64,000 nt of DNA, taken from NCBI GenBank assembly GCA_964346295.1, contig CAYFUG010000002.1, positions 7,355-71,354 on the forward strand. The letters run 5' to 3'. The stretch is from an uncultured Bdellovibrionales bacterium. GTDB taxonomy: Bacteria; Patescibacteriota; Minisyncoccia; Moranbacterales; DUUL01. Below are positions 47,547-57,925 of this stretch, in pieces. Every line of letters starts with the position of its first letter. Position 1 is the stretch's first letter. The notes beneath the pieces were generated by a model, which was given only the letters and a program-made list of their open reading frames with translations, had not been told where the DNA came from and made no database searches. The position numbers and the translations under genes were made by a program.

Positions 47547-47769
47547 AGAAACAAAAGATTAACAAATTTTATTACTAACCACAGATACCAACCCTTCTCG
47601 CTAAAAAGCCAAGATTAGCCTTGATGTTATTAAGCCAATCTTAGCACTAATGACAAAAAAATCAAAAGAGTCTCCCGGCAGGAAGACTCTTTTGAGAAAA
47701 TAAAGACTTAAGGTTTTCAATTTTTAGAAAATTTTAGGAAAAATCGAGTACTGAGCGAGATATACCGAA

Positions 47770-47830
47770 GTGTATAACAAACGAGTAACAGAGATTTTGA
47801 CATCAAAATTTTCAAAATTTGGAAGCCCCT
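47770..47830. repeat. Diverged repeat-family copy with palindromic core, directly 3' of tuf
   Basis: aacaaacgagtaacagagattttgacatcaaaattttcaaaatttggaagcccc resembles the family 3' block plus the palindrome. Confidence 0.45.
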
Positions 47831-47839
47831 CTTTTGTTT

Positions 47840-49030
47840 CTATTTAGTAATACTAGTAACAGCACCAGCACCTACTGTACGACCACCTTCGCGGATCGCA
47901 AAGCGCATTCCTTCTTCCATTGCCACTGGACTTACCAATTTGACATTCAAAGTAATAGTATCACCAGGCATTACCATTTCGGTTCCTTCTGGCAAGAACA
48001 CCTCGCCGGTCACGTCAGTGGTTCGAATGTAGAATTGGGGCTTGTATCCCTTAAAAAAAGGAGTGTGGCGTCCACCTTCATCTTTAGTTAAAATGTAAAT
48101 CTTAGCCTCGAATTCGGTGTGAGGGGTAATGGTTCCAGGCTTAGCCAAAACCTGTCCTCGCTCTACATCTTCTTTTTTAAGTCCCCGCAAGAGAATTCCA
48201 GCGTTATCACCTGCTTCTCCTCGATCCAAGGACTTATTGAACATTTCCACGCCAGTAACAGTAGTCTTTTGAGTATCGCGCAAACCTACAATTTCAATCT
48301 CTTCACTCAGATTAACTACTCCTCGCTCAATTCTTCCGGTTACTACGGTTCCTCGACCTTCAATTGAGAAAATATCCTCAATTGGCATCAAGAAAGGTTT
48401 TTCCACATCTCGTTCCGGCTGAGGAATCTTCTCGTCTAAAGCGTCCAAGAGATCAAAGACAGGCTTTACTTCATCACTCTCTGGGTCCTTAGACTCTAAA
48501 GCCTTCAAAGCAGAACCTCGCACAATGGTGGCATTTTCTCCATCAAATTCGTACTTGGTTAAAAGATCTCGCACTTCTTCTTCGACTAAGTCAACTAGAT
48601 CAGGATCGTCTACCATGTCTACCTTATTAATAAACACTACAATCTGAGGAACGCCTACCTGACGAGCCAATAAAATATGCTCTCGGGTTTGAGGCATCGG
48701 ACCATCGGTAGCGCTAACCACCAAGATGGATCCGTCCATTTGAGCAGCTCCGGTAATCATATTCTTGATGTAATCAGCGTGACCAGGACAATCCACATGA
48801 GCATAGTGGCGATTGTCGGTTTCGTACTCTACATGAGCGGTAGCAATAGTAATTCCCCGCTCGCGCTCTTCCGGGGCCTTATCAATTTGATCCACTGGAA
48901 TCTCTTTGTCTAGCTTTCCAGCAATCGCCAAAGAATGCAGAATAGCAGCAGTCAAAGTAGTTTTTCCGTGGTCAACATGGCCAATGGTTCCCACATTAAC
49001 ATGGGCCTTGGAACGATTAAAATCTGCCAT
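47840..49030 (-). CDS. tuf: Elongation factor Tu
   Basis: [23 protein letters not shown]-domain motifs; full-length EF-Tu. Confidence 0.97.
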   Translation of the reverse strand: MADFNRSKAHVNVGTIGHVDHGKTTLTAAILHSLAIAGKLDKEIPVDQIDKAPEERERGITIATAHVEYETDNRHYAHVDCPGHADYIKNMITGAAQMDGSILVVSATDGPMPQTREHILLARQVGVPQIVVFINKVDMVDDPDLVDLVEEEVRDLLTKYEFDGENATIVRGSALKALESKDPESDEVKPVFDLLDALDEKIPQPERDVEKPFLMPIEDIFSIEGRGTVVTGRIERGVVNLSEEIEIVGLRDTQKTTVTGVEMFNKSLDRGEAGDNAGILLRGLKKEDVERGQVLAKPGTITPHTEFEAKIYILTKDEGGRHTPFFKGYKPQFYIRTTDVTGEVFLPEGTEMVMPGDTITLNVKLVSPVAMEEGMRFAIREGGRTVGAGAVTSITK

Positions 49031-49277
49031 AATTGTTGAGAAGTAAATCAGCAGCTAAATATTTTTCTTATATTTTTTCAGCTACTAACTCCTTTTTAGA
49101 CTGATTTAATTAAATATTATATTAATTTCCAAAAATTCTTATTAGGATTAGACCTCTTGTAATTAAAGCACATCCACTCAAAACCAGCAAGGCTAGGGCG
49201 GTGCTTGATACTTCGTAGTGTGTTAGAATCCAATCAACTAATCTCGATCTGACAATCAAATCTCTGCACTTCTCGCA

Positions 49278-49898
49278 TTAAACTTCTTCGTATCTAATTT
49301 CTGATTGCTCTGATTGCTCCGCCTCCAAGCTACTTTCTAACTCTTCCTCTACTTTTCTCTGTCGTAGTTGAGCAATATCAGCGTTTATTCTATCCAACAG
49401 CTGAGCGTTTGTCAAATTAGCGGCTAAATCCCTTTTTTCCTTTAATTCGCCAGCTTCTTCTTGTTTGAAATTTCTCTTGGGAAGTTTATCTAAGCGCTCC
49501 TCAGGATCCCCAAAAGATGGCAAAGAAGCTATGGTCTCGAGATAATTCTCCCCTTCTTTCTCTCCAGGTAAAAAACACTCTCCTGCTGAATCTTTCTCTT
49601 CCCAAGCAAGAGGCGCTTCCAAAGAATCTTCTTCACCAGAAAAGTAATATTCGTCTTCTAACTCCCACTCATCAAAATCATAACGCTCCCAAAACTCTTC
49701 GGGATCCAGCTCTCCCATTCTCCGAATTTCCCTTAAATACTCCTTCAGGCCCATTACCACAAAAGCCTTGTTAGATTTTTCGTCGTTAATAATTACCTTC
49801 CCCCCTGACAACTTCAGTAGCTGCTTAAGTTTCCTGGGCAGCATAATCTTTGAATTACTTGTTAATCCCCTATTTTGTTTTTCGAAGCTGAACGCCAA
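49278..49898 (-). CDS. Hypothetical acidic protein
   Basis: 206-aa ORF, D/E-rich. Confidence 0.45.
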   Translation of the reverse strand: MAFSFEKQNRGLTSNSKIMLPRKLKQLLKLSGGKVIINDEKSNKAFVVMGLKEYLREIRRMGELDPEEFWERYDFDEWELEDEYYFSGEEDSLEAPLAWEEKDSAGECFLPGEKEGENYLETIASLPSFGDPEERLDKLPKRNFKQEEAGELKEKRDLAANLTNAQLLDRINADIAQLRQRKVEEELESSLEAEQSEQSEIRYEEV

Positions 49899-50257
49899 AA
49901 AATCTTTCTGATGTTAATTAAAATTAATATTATCACTACTAACAGCACTGGAAATGCTAACTTATTTAACTCCCAAGTCTCCTGAAAATTCCCTTTTAAT
50001 AAATTAGCCAAAGCATGGGTAATGTCGCAAGCTGGGCACTGACAACCTTCTAGCCACCCTGCCGAAGGACACTCTCCTCCCAGAATCCAAGGAATCAACC
50101 ACTCTCTAAAAAGACATTTCACAGGCAATCTCTCTAGATACTCAACAGGGACCACAGCTAAAAAAACTAAACCCGCCGAAAAAACAGTTACCACTGCCCT
50201 CGGAGAAGCCAATCCGATAAACTCTCCCGCCAACAGTCTCCATTTTTTCTTCTTCAT
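49862..50257 (-). CDS. DUF2752-like membrane protein with CxxC pairs
   Basis: CPSAGWLEGCQCPACDITHALANLL pattern and TM flanks; typical neighbour of TM2-domain genes. Confidence 0.6.
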   Translation of the reverse strand: MKKKKWRLLAGEFIGLASPRAVVTVFSAGLVFLAVVPVEYLERLPVKCLFREWLIPWILGGECPSAGWLEGCQCPACDITHALANLLKGNFQETWELNKLAFPVLLVVIILILINIRKIFWRSASKNKIGD

Positions 50258-50264
50258 AGAGCAA

Positions 50265-50540
50265 TTACAACTGCTCTACCCATTCAATATCCTCGAAGGG
50301 ATGTTTAATGGCAATTAGAACAATGTCAATGATGTACCAAATTCCGCAACCGCCAGCCGTTAACAGTTTTAGAATTCCTAACCCCACATGACCCATAATA
50401 AAACGGTCCACTCCCAATCCTCCAAATAACACTGACATTATTAGAGTAAGAACCCAATTAACTCTTCGTTTTCCAGAGGAGGGATTGATTTGACCAGTAG
50501 GTCCGGGCTGAGGCTGACTCGACTGAGATGTTTGTTCCAT
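50265..50540 (-). CDS. TM2-domain protein
   Basis: VLFGGLGVDRFIMGHVGLGILKLLTAGGCGIWYIIDIVLI matches the TM2 domain pattern. Confidence 0.7.
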   Translation of the reverse strand: MEQTSQSSQPQPGPTGQINPSSGKRRVNWVLTLIMSVLFGGLGVDRFIMGHVGLGILKLLTAGGCGIWYIIDIVLIAIKHPFEDIEWVEQL

Positions 50541-50600
50541 AATTAAACTGTAGTATATTTAAAAGATTAATCGAAGTACCTAAAAATCTAACTGGGCTCT

Positions 50601-52688
50601 CTACCTTCCTTGCTGCTTGATTTCCTCCGCTACATTAGCAGGAACCTGAGCATAATGATCAAATTCCATGGCATAATTGGCTCGGCCTTGAGTCATAGAT
50701 CGAAGCTGCGTGGCATAACCAAACAAGGAAGCCAGAGGAACTTGAGCCTTAATTACTTTAACGGCAGCATTTCCTTCTCCTCGATCTTGCATTTCTTCAA
50801 TCTGACCTCGCTTAGCGTTCAAATCGCCCACTACATCTCCCATAAAATTTTCGGGAGTAATTACCTCCACCTTCATAACAGGCTCCAAGATAGCAGGTTT
50901 CGCTTGATGACAAGCTTCTTTGAAGGCCATCGAACCGGCAATTTTAAAGGCTGCCTCTGAAGAGTCCACATCATGATAAGATCCATCATAAAGGGTAACT
51001 TTAACATCTACCATCTGATAGCCTGCCAATATTCCATTTTCCATGGCCTCTTTCACGCCTTTTTCTGCCGCCGGAATAAACTCCACAGGAATTACTCCTC
51101 CTTTGATTTCATTAATAAACTCAAAGCCTTTGCCCTCACCTAGAGGTTCTACCTTGACATGACAATCACCATATTGACCTCGCCCCCCACTCTGACGAAT
51201 GTATTTACCTTGGGCCTTAGCTTCTTGTAGGATAGTCTCTCGATAAGCCACTTGGGGTTGTCCCACATTAGCCTCTACCTTAAATTCTCTTTTGAGACGA
51301 TCCACGATAATATCTAAATGCAACTCTCCCATGCCACTGATAAGGGTTTGACTAGTCTCCTCGTCAGTACGCACTCGGAAGGTAGGGTCTTCTTCTGCCA
51401 ACTTCCTAAGTGCCACCGCCATTTTTTCTTGGTCCGCTTTAGTCTTCGGCTCAATAGCAATCGAAATTACCGGCTCTGGGAATTCAATATTCTCCAGTAA
51501 CAAAGGATAGTCTTCATCGCAAAGAGTATCTCCAGTGGTGGTATACTTGGTTCCCACTAAGGCGCCAATTCCTCCTGAGTAAATTTCGTCCATCTCCTCT
51601 CGATGATTAGAGTGCATTCGCAAGATTCTTCCAATTCGCTCCTTTTTGCCCTTAGAAGAATTGAGGACATAGGAACCCGCTTTTAAAGCTCCCGAATAAA
51701 CTCGGAAAAAGGTTAATTGACCCACATAAGGATCCGAAGCTACCTTAAAAGCCAAAGCCGCAAAAGGCTGGTCATCTCCCGCTTTTCGACTAAGTTCTTT
51801 TTCAGGATCCGCAATATCCAATCCTTTTACCGGAGGTACTTCTGTAGGGGAAGGCAGGTAATCCACTACAGCATCTAGCACTCGCTGCACTCCTTTATTT
51901 TTAAGAGCAGTTCCAGTTAAAACGGGAATCAAAGTACCAGCGATAGTTCCCTTTCGCAAGGCCTTCTTGAGCTCTTCTTCGCTAATTTCTTGACCTTCTA
52001 AAAATTTTTCGGTAAGGACGTCATCAGTCTCGGCCACTTTTTCTATCATTTTATCATGCCATTCTTGAGCTACTTGCTTAAGATCTTCCGGAATCTCCTT
52101 TTCATTTACTTCCATTCCATGATTACCCTCAAAGTAGACGGCCTTCATCTTCAAGAGATCCACTACTCCCAGATGCTCCCCACTCTGACCAATCGGATAC
52201 TGAATGGCTACTGCATTAGGAGAAAGCCGATCCCAAATAGAACTCAAGGCTCTCTCAAAATCAGCGCCTTCTTTATCGATCTTGTTAATAAAGCACACTC
52301 GTGGCACATGGTATTTATCGGCTTGGCGCCAAACGGTTTCACTTTGAGGCTCTACTCCCTCTTTACCGTCAAAGACCACCACACCTCCGTCCAGTACTCG
52401 TAAAGAGCGCTCTACCTCCACCGTAAAGTCAACGTGACCAGGGGTGTCAATGATGTTAATTTGATGATCTTTCCAACTAGAAGTGGTAGCCGCCGAAGTG
52501 ATAGTAATTCCGCGTTCTCGCTCCTGTTCCATCCAGTCCATCACTGCCTCTCCTTCGTGAACTTCTCCAATTTTGTGAGAAAGCCCGGTGTAAAATAAAA
52601 CTCGCTCGGTAGTAGTGGTTTTACCGGCGTCAATGTGAGCAATAATTCCAATATTGCGCAATTTTTCAATAGGGGTTTGTCGTGCCAT
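50601..52688 (-). CDS. fusA: Elongation factor G
   Basis: [24 protein letters not shown]; domain IV/V blocks. Confidence 0.97.
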   Translation of the reverse strand: MARQTPIEKLRNIGIIAHIDAGKTTTTERVLFYTGLSHKIGEVHEGEAVMDWMEQERERGITITSAATTSSWKDHQINIIDTPGHVDFTVEVERSLRVLDGGVVVFDGKEGVEPQSETVWRQADKYHVPRVCFINKIDKEGADFERALSSIWDRLSPNAVAIQYPIGQSGEHLGVVDLLKMKAVYFEGNHGMEVNEKEIPEDLKQVAQEWHDKMIEKVAETDDVLTEKFLEGQEISEEELKKALRKGTIAGTLIPVLTGTALKNKGVQRVLDAVVDYLPSPTEVPPVKGLDIADPEKELSRKAGDDQPFAALAFKVASDPYVGQLTFFRVYSGALKAGSYVLNSSKGKKERIGRILRMHSNHREEMDEIYSGGIGALVGTKYTTTGDTLCDEDYPLLLENIEFPEPVISIAIEPKTKADQEKMAVALRKLAEEDPTFRVRTDEETSQTLISGMGELHLDIIVDRLKREFKVEANVGQPQVAYRETILQEAKAQGKYIRQSGGRGQYGDCHVKVEPLGEGKGFEFINEIKGGVIPVEFIPAAEKGVKEAMENGILAGYQMVDVKVTLYDGSYHDVDSSEAAFKIAGSMAFKEACHQAKPAILEPVMKVEVITPENFMGDVVGDLNAKRGQIEEMQDRGEGNAAVKVIKAQVPLASLFGYATQLRSMTQGRANYAMEFDHYAQVPANVAEEIKQQGR

Positions 52689-53094
52689 GTTTTTGTAAAA
52701 AATTAAAATTTCAATTAAGTTGCTTAATCATAAAGCCAATAAAACAAAGGCTTGTTAGAATCATATCCAAAAATATTCACATAAATAATCAACAAAAAAA
52801 TAGCAGCAGAAACAGTACTAAAGGAGACAAAACAGCGAAAACACTTGCCGACCACCTTTTTATCTTAAAACCCTTCCAGGAAACAAAAAATATAACTATC
52901 GGTAAAATTAAAAAATAGGAAACTGAAAAAACGAAGGTCTTCATAGATAACTCTTAATTGTCAATGTCTTTGATCTCCCTCCCAACACCTTCCTGAGTCA
53001 ATCTTACCTGCTTCCGATAAAAAAATCAAAAGGATCCGGAAATAAAAATCCAGATCCCACCAATTCTAAAGGCAATCTAAGTTTTAGTCAAATT

Positions 53095-53417
53095 TCAAAT
53101 ATCTTCGCTCTTTATTCTTGTTTCCAATTCATTCATAGTGGACAAAAAAGATTCCTCCATGTTAACCTCGTATTCTTTGGCTAAAACTAACAAGCAAAAG
53201 AGGCAGTCCGATAACTCATGCTTAATCTTAAATCCATATTATCAATGGTCCTAATTCCATTTTTAGCCTGAACCAGCTTCATCAAATCTCCCACATCTCC
53301 TACCAGCCCCAAAGCAAACTCTTCGTTTGTCCAACTTCTTCCGTGCTTCTTTTTTTCGAATTCCTTATAAAGCTCCCTAATCTCCAAGGCTCGTTTTTGA
53401 ATTTCCACTAATTCCAT
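53095..53417 (-). pseudogene. MazG-like nucleotide pyrophosphohydrolase disrupted by a frameshift
   Basis: Frame 1 reads MELVEIQKRALEIRELYKEFEKKKHGRSWTNEEFALGLVGDVGDLMKLV...MDLRLSMSYRTASFAC* ending at 53187. The expected C-terminus ELSDCLFCLLVLAKEYEVNMEESFLSTMNELETRIKSEDI* is in another frame (shift near 53195-53215) ending at 53095. Confidence 0.5.
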
Positions 53418-53439
53418 AAAGATATAATAAGAAATTAAT

Positions 53440-53907
53440 TTATTTGTAAAAACTTTCAATCGGCTCCATCCCTTCAGGAAATATCGGGGAGTATTTCCCT
53501 CTGTCAAGATACTTAGCTAGATTATCAACTCTTCTTCTTAGCTCCTCTTCTCTTCTTAGCACAATAACACTATCGCCCGAAGCAATCCCGGCATCCGAGC
53601 AAACCTCTAAATTCCTAAAAGTATTGCACTCAATTAGAGGCCCCGAATCACTCCAATTTTCCATATCATGAATCCAAACATCCGTCATGCGTTCACCGCC
53701 AAGACTCCACACAAAAACAATATGATAAGCGCCCTTACTCAAGCCTTCCAAATGTTTTTTGTAGAGATTATCCAAATGTTCCTGTATGGAATAATTATCC
53801 TTCCGATCAAATACTTCATATAAAGGATTCTCATCTCTCACAGGATAAACAATCAACTGCAGCTTTCCAATGTTATGATTAAAGGGCTTGAATTGCCTTG
53901 CAGCCAT
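53440..53907 (-). CDS. Hypothetical protein
   Basis: 155-aa ORF immediately upstream of the MazG-like pseudogene. Confidence 0.45.
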   Translation of the reverse strand: MAARQFKPFNHNIGKLQLIVYPVRDENPLYEVFDRKDNYSIQEHLDNLYKKHLEGLSKGAYHIVFVWSLGGERMTDVWIHDMENWSDSGPLIECNTFRNLEVCSDAGIASGDSVIVLRREEELRRRVDNLAKYLDRGKYSPIFPEGMEPIESFYK

Positions 53908-54013
53908 AACAATAATTTTACTATTTAACTGAGAAGAATTCTTGGTCTGACCTTTTTCAATACCAAAGAAATTACGCTTAATTCTCCTTGCGACTTAACA
54001 TCTTCCCCAAAGA

Positions 54014-55528
54014 CTACCTCAATTCATCCTTCAAAATCGTCATTGCCAACTGTGGATTGGCTTTCCCCTTGGTTTCTTTCATCACCTGACCCATCAAAAA
54101 TTTAACCGCATTCTCCTTGCCGGCCTGGTAAGCTTCCACGGAAGCAGGATTTTGAAAAATCACCCGCTTAACCACTTCTCGCAAAGTATCCTGGTCAGAA
54201 GTTTGAGCTAAATCGTTATCGCGAATAATGTCCGAGGGATCACCGCCTTTTTTGACCAGCTCCAGCATCACCAACTGAGCGGAAGAAGAGTTGATTTCTC
54301 CTTGGAAAATAATTTTGGTCAGCTCGGCAAAGTTCTCTGGAGTTACCTTCAGTTCACTTACCTCCTGGCCTTCCTGAATCAATAATCTCTGCAGCTCGGT
54401 GGTAATATAGTTAGCCGCCAAGCGACAAACCTCGTTTTTATCATCTTCTTTAAATTTATGACCTTCAGCTTTGAGCCAATTTTCCAGCTCGCTGGTAACC
54501 TGCTCAAAGAAATTCGCCAATTCTCGACTCCTCGCCAAAAATTCAGCACTTTCCTCTCGCAGGCCATATTGCTTCAACAAGCGATCTTTTTTGGCAGCCG
54601 GCAGTTCTGGCAACTTTCTCTTGAGTAGTTCAATTTCTGCTTCTTCAAAGATAATTCGGCGCAAATCCGGCTCGGGAAAGTAGCGATAATCATGGGCATC
54701 TTCCTTGGTGCGCTGAGAAAAAGTCTCGCTGCGAGTCTCGTCCCAGCCCCGAGTTTCTTGAATTACCTGACCACCTTCTTCTAAAACTTCACTTTGGCGA
54801 ATAACTTCATATTCAATCCCTTTTTCTACTGATCGAAAAGAATTGATATTTTTTAGCTCCACCTTAGTGCCGCTAAGCGGGTCCTCGTGCGGCCGATGCA
54901 AGGAAACATTGGCCTCGCAACGCATTTGCCCCTTCTCCATATCGGCCGGCGATACATTAATCGCTCGCAACAAGAGTTGGAGATTTTCACAAAAAGCTCG
55001 AGCCTCGGCTGCTGACTGGATGTCCGGATCCGTTACCAGCTCCATCAGGGGTACTCCGGAGCGGTTATAGTCCACCAGAGTCTCGCCCTTGTCGCCGTGC
55101 AGCAATTTTCCGGTGTCCTCTTCCATGTGAATCCGATTGATTCCCACTCGCTTAAGATAGGACTCCTCGCCATTTTTACCGCTCACCATAAATTCCAAAA
55201 AACCACTTTGACACAACGGTGGCTCGTATTGAGAGATTTGGTAGCCCTTGGGAAGATCGGGATAGAAATAATTTTTCCGATGAAAGCGGCTCTTGCGATT
55301 GACATGGCAATTAAGCGCCAGTCCCGTCTGAATTAAAAACTCCAAAGCTTTCCGATTGGGCGTTGGCAAGGCTCCTGGCTGTCCTGTGCACACTGGGCAA
55401 ATATTTTTATTCGGCACCGGCTCTTGACCCATGCCGTTTTTGCAAGAACAAAACATTTTGCTCTCGGTAGCCAGCTCCACATGCACTTCCATTCCAATAG
55501 TCGGTTGATATTTTTCAATTTTATACAT
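54014..55528 (-). CDS. gatB: Asp-tRNA(Asn)/Glu-tRNA(Gln) amidotransferase subunit B
   Basis: MYKIEKYQPTIGMEVHVELATESKMFCSC GatB N-terminus; C-terminal YqeY-like tail. Confidence 0.93.
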   Translation of the reverse strand: MYKIEKYQPTIGMEVHVELATESKMFCSCKNGMGQEPVPNKNICPVCTGQPGALPTPNRKALEFLIQTGLALNCHVNRKSRFHRKNYFYPDLPKGYQISQYEPPLCQSGFLEFMVSGKNGEESYLKRVGINRIHMEEDTGKLLHGDKGETLVDYNRSGVPLMELVTDPDIQSAAEARAFCENLQLLLRAINVSPADMEKGQMRCEANVSLHRPHEDPLSGTKVELKNINSFRSVEKGIEYEVIRQSEVLEEGGQVIQETRGWDETRSETFSQRTKEDAHDYRYFPEPDLRRIIFEEAEIELLKRKLPELPAAKKDRLLKQYGLREESAEFLARSRELANFFEQVTSELENWLKAEGHKFKEDDKNEVCRLAANYITTELQRLLIQEGQEVSELKVTPENFAELTKIIFQGEINSSSAQLVMLELVKKGGDPSDIIRDNDLAQTSDQDTLREVVKRVIFQNPASVEAYQAGKENAVKFLMGQVMKETKGKANPQLAMTILKDELR

Positions 55529-55555
55529 TGTTATTATTGAGAAAATTTTACTAGG

Positions 55556-56128
55556 CTAAGACAAAGCCTCTTCTAATAAAGCAGGAAATCTTTCGCTCTT
55601 TAAGTCCTTAAGGCAAAAATGGCCATGATCCTTGAATTCTCTATACTTCAAATCTTTTATTACTTGTCTAATCTCCTCTACGCTCTTATGTATTCCCTCA
55701 TCGTCGTCAGAAGAATTAAAGACAACTAGCTGCCTCACTCTTTCATTCAACTGAGGATCAATTTCAAAATCGAAAAATTGACGGCCTTCTCCAGATTCTT
55801 TATCGCCTAACCAAGGAGCAACCAATATCACCTTGCCCGCCTCAATCCTTTTTTCTTCGCTCAAATATCTAACCAAAAAACCAGCTCCGCAACTATGGCC
55901 AACTAACAAAGTAGATTCATCAACAACAAATTGCTCAAATACTTTTTTCCAACTTTCGTAATCAGGCTCATAAGGCCTGGGCATCTCTGGAGTTTGAGTT
56001 AAAACATCCTTTAAAAGCAATTGGTGCTGCAACCAAGGAATCCAATGATTATTAGAATCAGAGCTTCTATTCAAGCTATAATATTCTTTTTCAGAGGGCT
56101 TGCCATGGATAATTAGGGCTTTCTCCAT
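55556..56128 (-). CDS. RBBP9/YdeN-like serine hydrolase (alpha/beta fold)
   Basis: LVGHSCGAGF nucleophile motif and size of about 190 aa; AT-rich. Confidence 0.65.
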   Translation of the reverse strand: MEKALIIHGKPSEKEYYSLNRSSDSNNHWIPWLQHQLLLKDVLTQTPEMPRPYEPDYESWKKVFEQFVVDESTLLVGHSCGAGFLVRYLSEEKRIEAGKVILVAPWLGDKESGEGRQFFDFEIDPQLNERVRQLVVFNSSDDDEGIHKSVEEIRQVIKDLKYREFKDHGHFCLKDLKSERFPALLEEALS

Positions 56129-56210
56129 AAGTTTTACATCAGAAGTTAGTCCTTACAATAAAGCTCTAGTCTAATTCTAAACCAAAAATCTTTCCTTGTC
56201 CAAAAGTTTC

Positions 56211-56492
56211 TCATTCAAAGCCAATGGGATTCTCCTTTTTTTCTGCCTCGGTCACTTTACCAAATTTCTCTTCGTATTTTTTTAGATTCTCCTCCATGGC
56301 CTTAATCATCCGCTTAAAGTGGCCAGGAGAAAGCACTACTCGACTATTAAGCGTGCCAGTGGGCGGAAAAACACTTAAAAAATCCAAGACAAACTCTTCT
56401 TTGGTGTGAATAATTTGCATCATGTTGGCATATTTGCCTTTCAAATCTTCGTCAGAAGCTTTGATTTGAATTTGTTGTTTTTGATTGGTCAT
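56211..56492 (-). CDS. DUF3467 protein
   Basis: YANMMQIIHTKEEFVLDF is the DUF3467 core. Confidence 0.65.
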   Translation of the reverse strand: MTNQKQQIQIKASDEDLKGKYANMMQIIHTKEEFVLDFLSVFPPTGTLNSRVVLSPGHFKRMIKAMEENLKKYEEKFGKVTEAEKKENPIGFE

Positions 56493-56529
56493 GTAGTTGG
56501 AATTAACAATTTAAAAAACCTGAAACAAT

Positions 56530-56726
56530 TAATCCTTATCCCAGTTAAGGGGATTATACTCTATGTATTCTCGCAGTTTTTCTAGAGATTTCTCATTGCG
56601 GATGATGTGATCGTAATAACTGCGTTGCCAAGAGAAGCCTGCAGTTTGGATGTTTTTTCTAGCCTCAACTAAACCGCTAAATCCCTCGTCCACAAAGCCC
56701 CATAGCGAGCCAAAAGAGGAAGCAGG
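56530..56726 (-). pseudogene. 3' fragment of a RAYT / IS200-like (Y1) transposase, overlapping the 3' end of the oxidoreductase gene in another frame
   Basis: Reads ...EARKNIQTAGFSWQRSYYDHIIRNEKSLEKLREYIEYNPLNWDKD*. The WQR.YYDHIIR...YI.YNP..W block is the characteristic C-terminus of REP-associated tyrosine transposases (COG1943). No N-terminal HuH or catalytic Tyr region is present. Confidence 0.55.
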
Positions 56727-57910
56727 TGCGGCTTAAGGACAATTCCCTCTAAACCTTGGCCAAAGTTCTTGGCATCGGCAAATTGACGCAAAAAAGTCTC
56801 TTTGTCCCTAGCAATCAAGGTAAACATCGCCTCAAAAGTGCTGTCCCGTTTCATTTGATTCCAAATCCAACGGTACAATTGCTGCTTGCGAAAATAATGC
56901 ATCAACCGCTGATGCTGATTGATTCGCCGGTGATACTGCCGAAATACTCGCTGATCCTGATTTTCAAAATACTCCTCCAATAACCCGGCTGCCACCCGGG
57001 CCGAAACCAAGGCCCCCTTGATGCGATCCGCTACAAAAGCTCCACATAATCCAGCCGCGTCGCCCAAAAGCAATACTCGATCTCCATAGTAATGCCGAAG
57101 CGGACCGCCGATCGGAATTTTTCCGGCATAAGCATAAATCTCTCTTCCTTTCACTTGCAAATGGCCTTTATCTTGAATTTTCTCAAAAAAACGCTGAGTT
57201 AACTGTTTGATCTCATTACCATTCTGAGCTAATTTGGCCAACCCTAATCGCAAAGCTGGCTCACCTGCTACCTGAGTAGGCGACATCCAACCTCCGTAAC
57301 CCAAGCTAAACTCACCAAACCAATAGTGATAGACCGAGAATTTCGGCCTCTCCCCTAACAGAATTTTACCCGGGTAAAGCCGCTCATAACCTAAGAGAAA
57401 TTTGCGATTGATTCCCAATCCCGCCGCCTGGGCTACCCGAGAGCTTCCGCCATCCGCTCCAATCACAAACCGCCCTTTGACTTTAAGCGTATCCCCATTG
57501 TTTTTAGCCAGTACTTCCAAGTGGTCAGCTCTCCTATTCAAAGAAGAGAATTCCCAGCCCAACTCAATTTTAACATTAGAATTCGAACTATCTCCCAAGG
57601 CCTTTATCAAAGCTGGAGTGTCAGTAGAAAAAACCCAAGGCTTGGCAGACGAAGAAAAGAAGTTGGTCTCAAAATCAGTCGAAATAACTCCGATGGTGTC
57701 GATATCGTTGGTGAGAAATTTTTTCAAACCAGGAAGCTCCTCTTCTAACAGCTCCTTGGTGCGATTAGTCACCAGGCCGGTTGATTCATAGGCCGCATTT
57801 AGTTTGGCCTTTCTCTCCAAAATCAAAACCCGCTTATCCGAACCCAAATGACGAGCCAATGTCAGGCCCGCAAATCCTCCCCCTACAATAATAACATCGT
57901 AAATTGGCAT
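56669..57910 (-). CDS. FAD-dependent oxidoreductase (geranylgeranyl reductase family)
   Basis: MPIYDVIIVGGGFAGLTLARHL dinucleotide-binding motif; GDAAGL motif. Confidence 0.85.
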   Translation of the reverse strand: MPIYDVIIVGGGFAGLTLARHLGSDKRVLILERKAKLNAAYESTGLVTNRTKELLEEELPGLKKFLTNDIDTIGVISTDFETNFFSSSAKPWVFSTDTPALIKALGDSSNSNVKIELGWEFSSLNRRADHLEVLAKNNGDTLKVKGRFVIGADGGSSRVAQAAGLGINRKFLLGYERLYPGKILLGERPKFSVYHYWFGEFSLGYGGWMSPTQVAGEPALRLGLAKLAQNGNEIKQLTQRFFEKIQDKGHLQVKGREIYAYAGKIPIGGPLRHYYGDRVLLLGDAAGLCGAFVADRIKGALVSARVAAGLLEEYFENQDQRVFRQYHRRINQHQRLMHYFRKQQLYRWIWNQMKRDSTFEAMFTLIARDKETFLRQFADAKNFGQGLEGIVLKPHLLPLLARYGALWTRDLAV

Positions 57911-57925
57911 GGGTTAAATTGAATT

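Noticed and set aside
47819-48367. Multiple 60-130 aa ORFs antisense within tuf, fusA, ftsH, pnp, gatB and other long genes
   Set aside because: Typical shadow ORFs in conserved genes; the sense-strand products are unambiguous.
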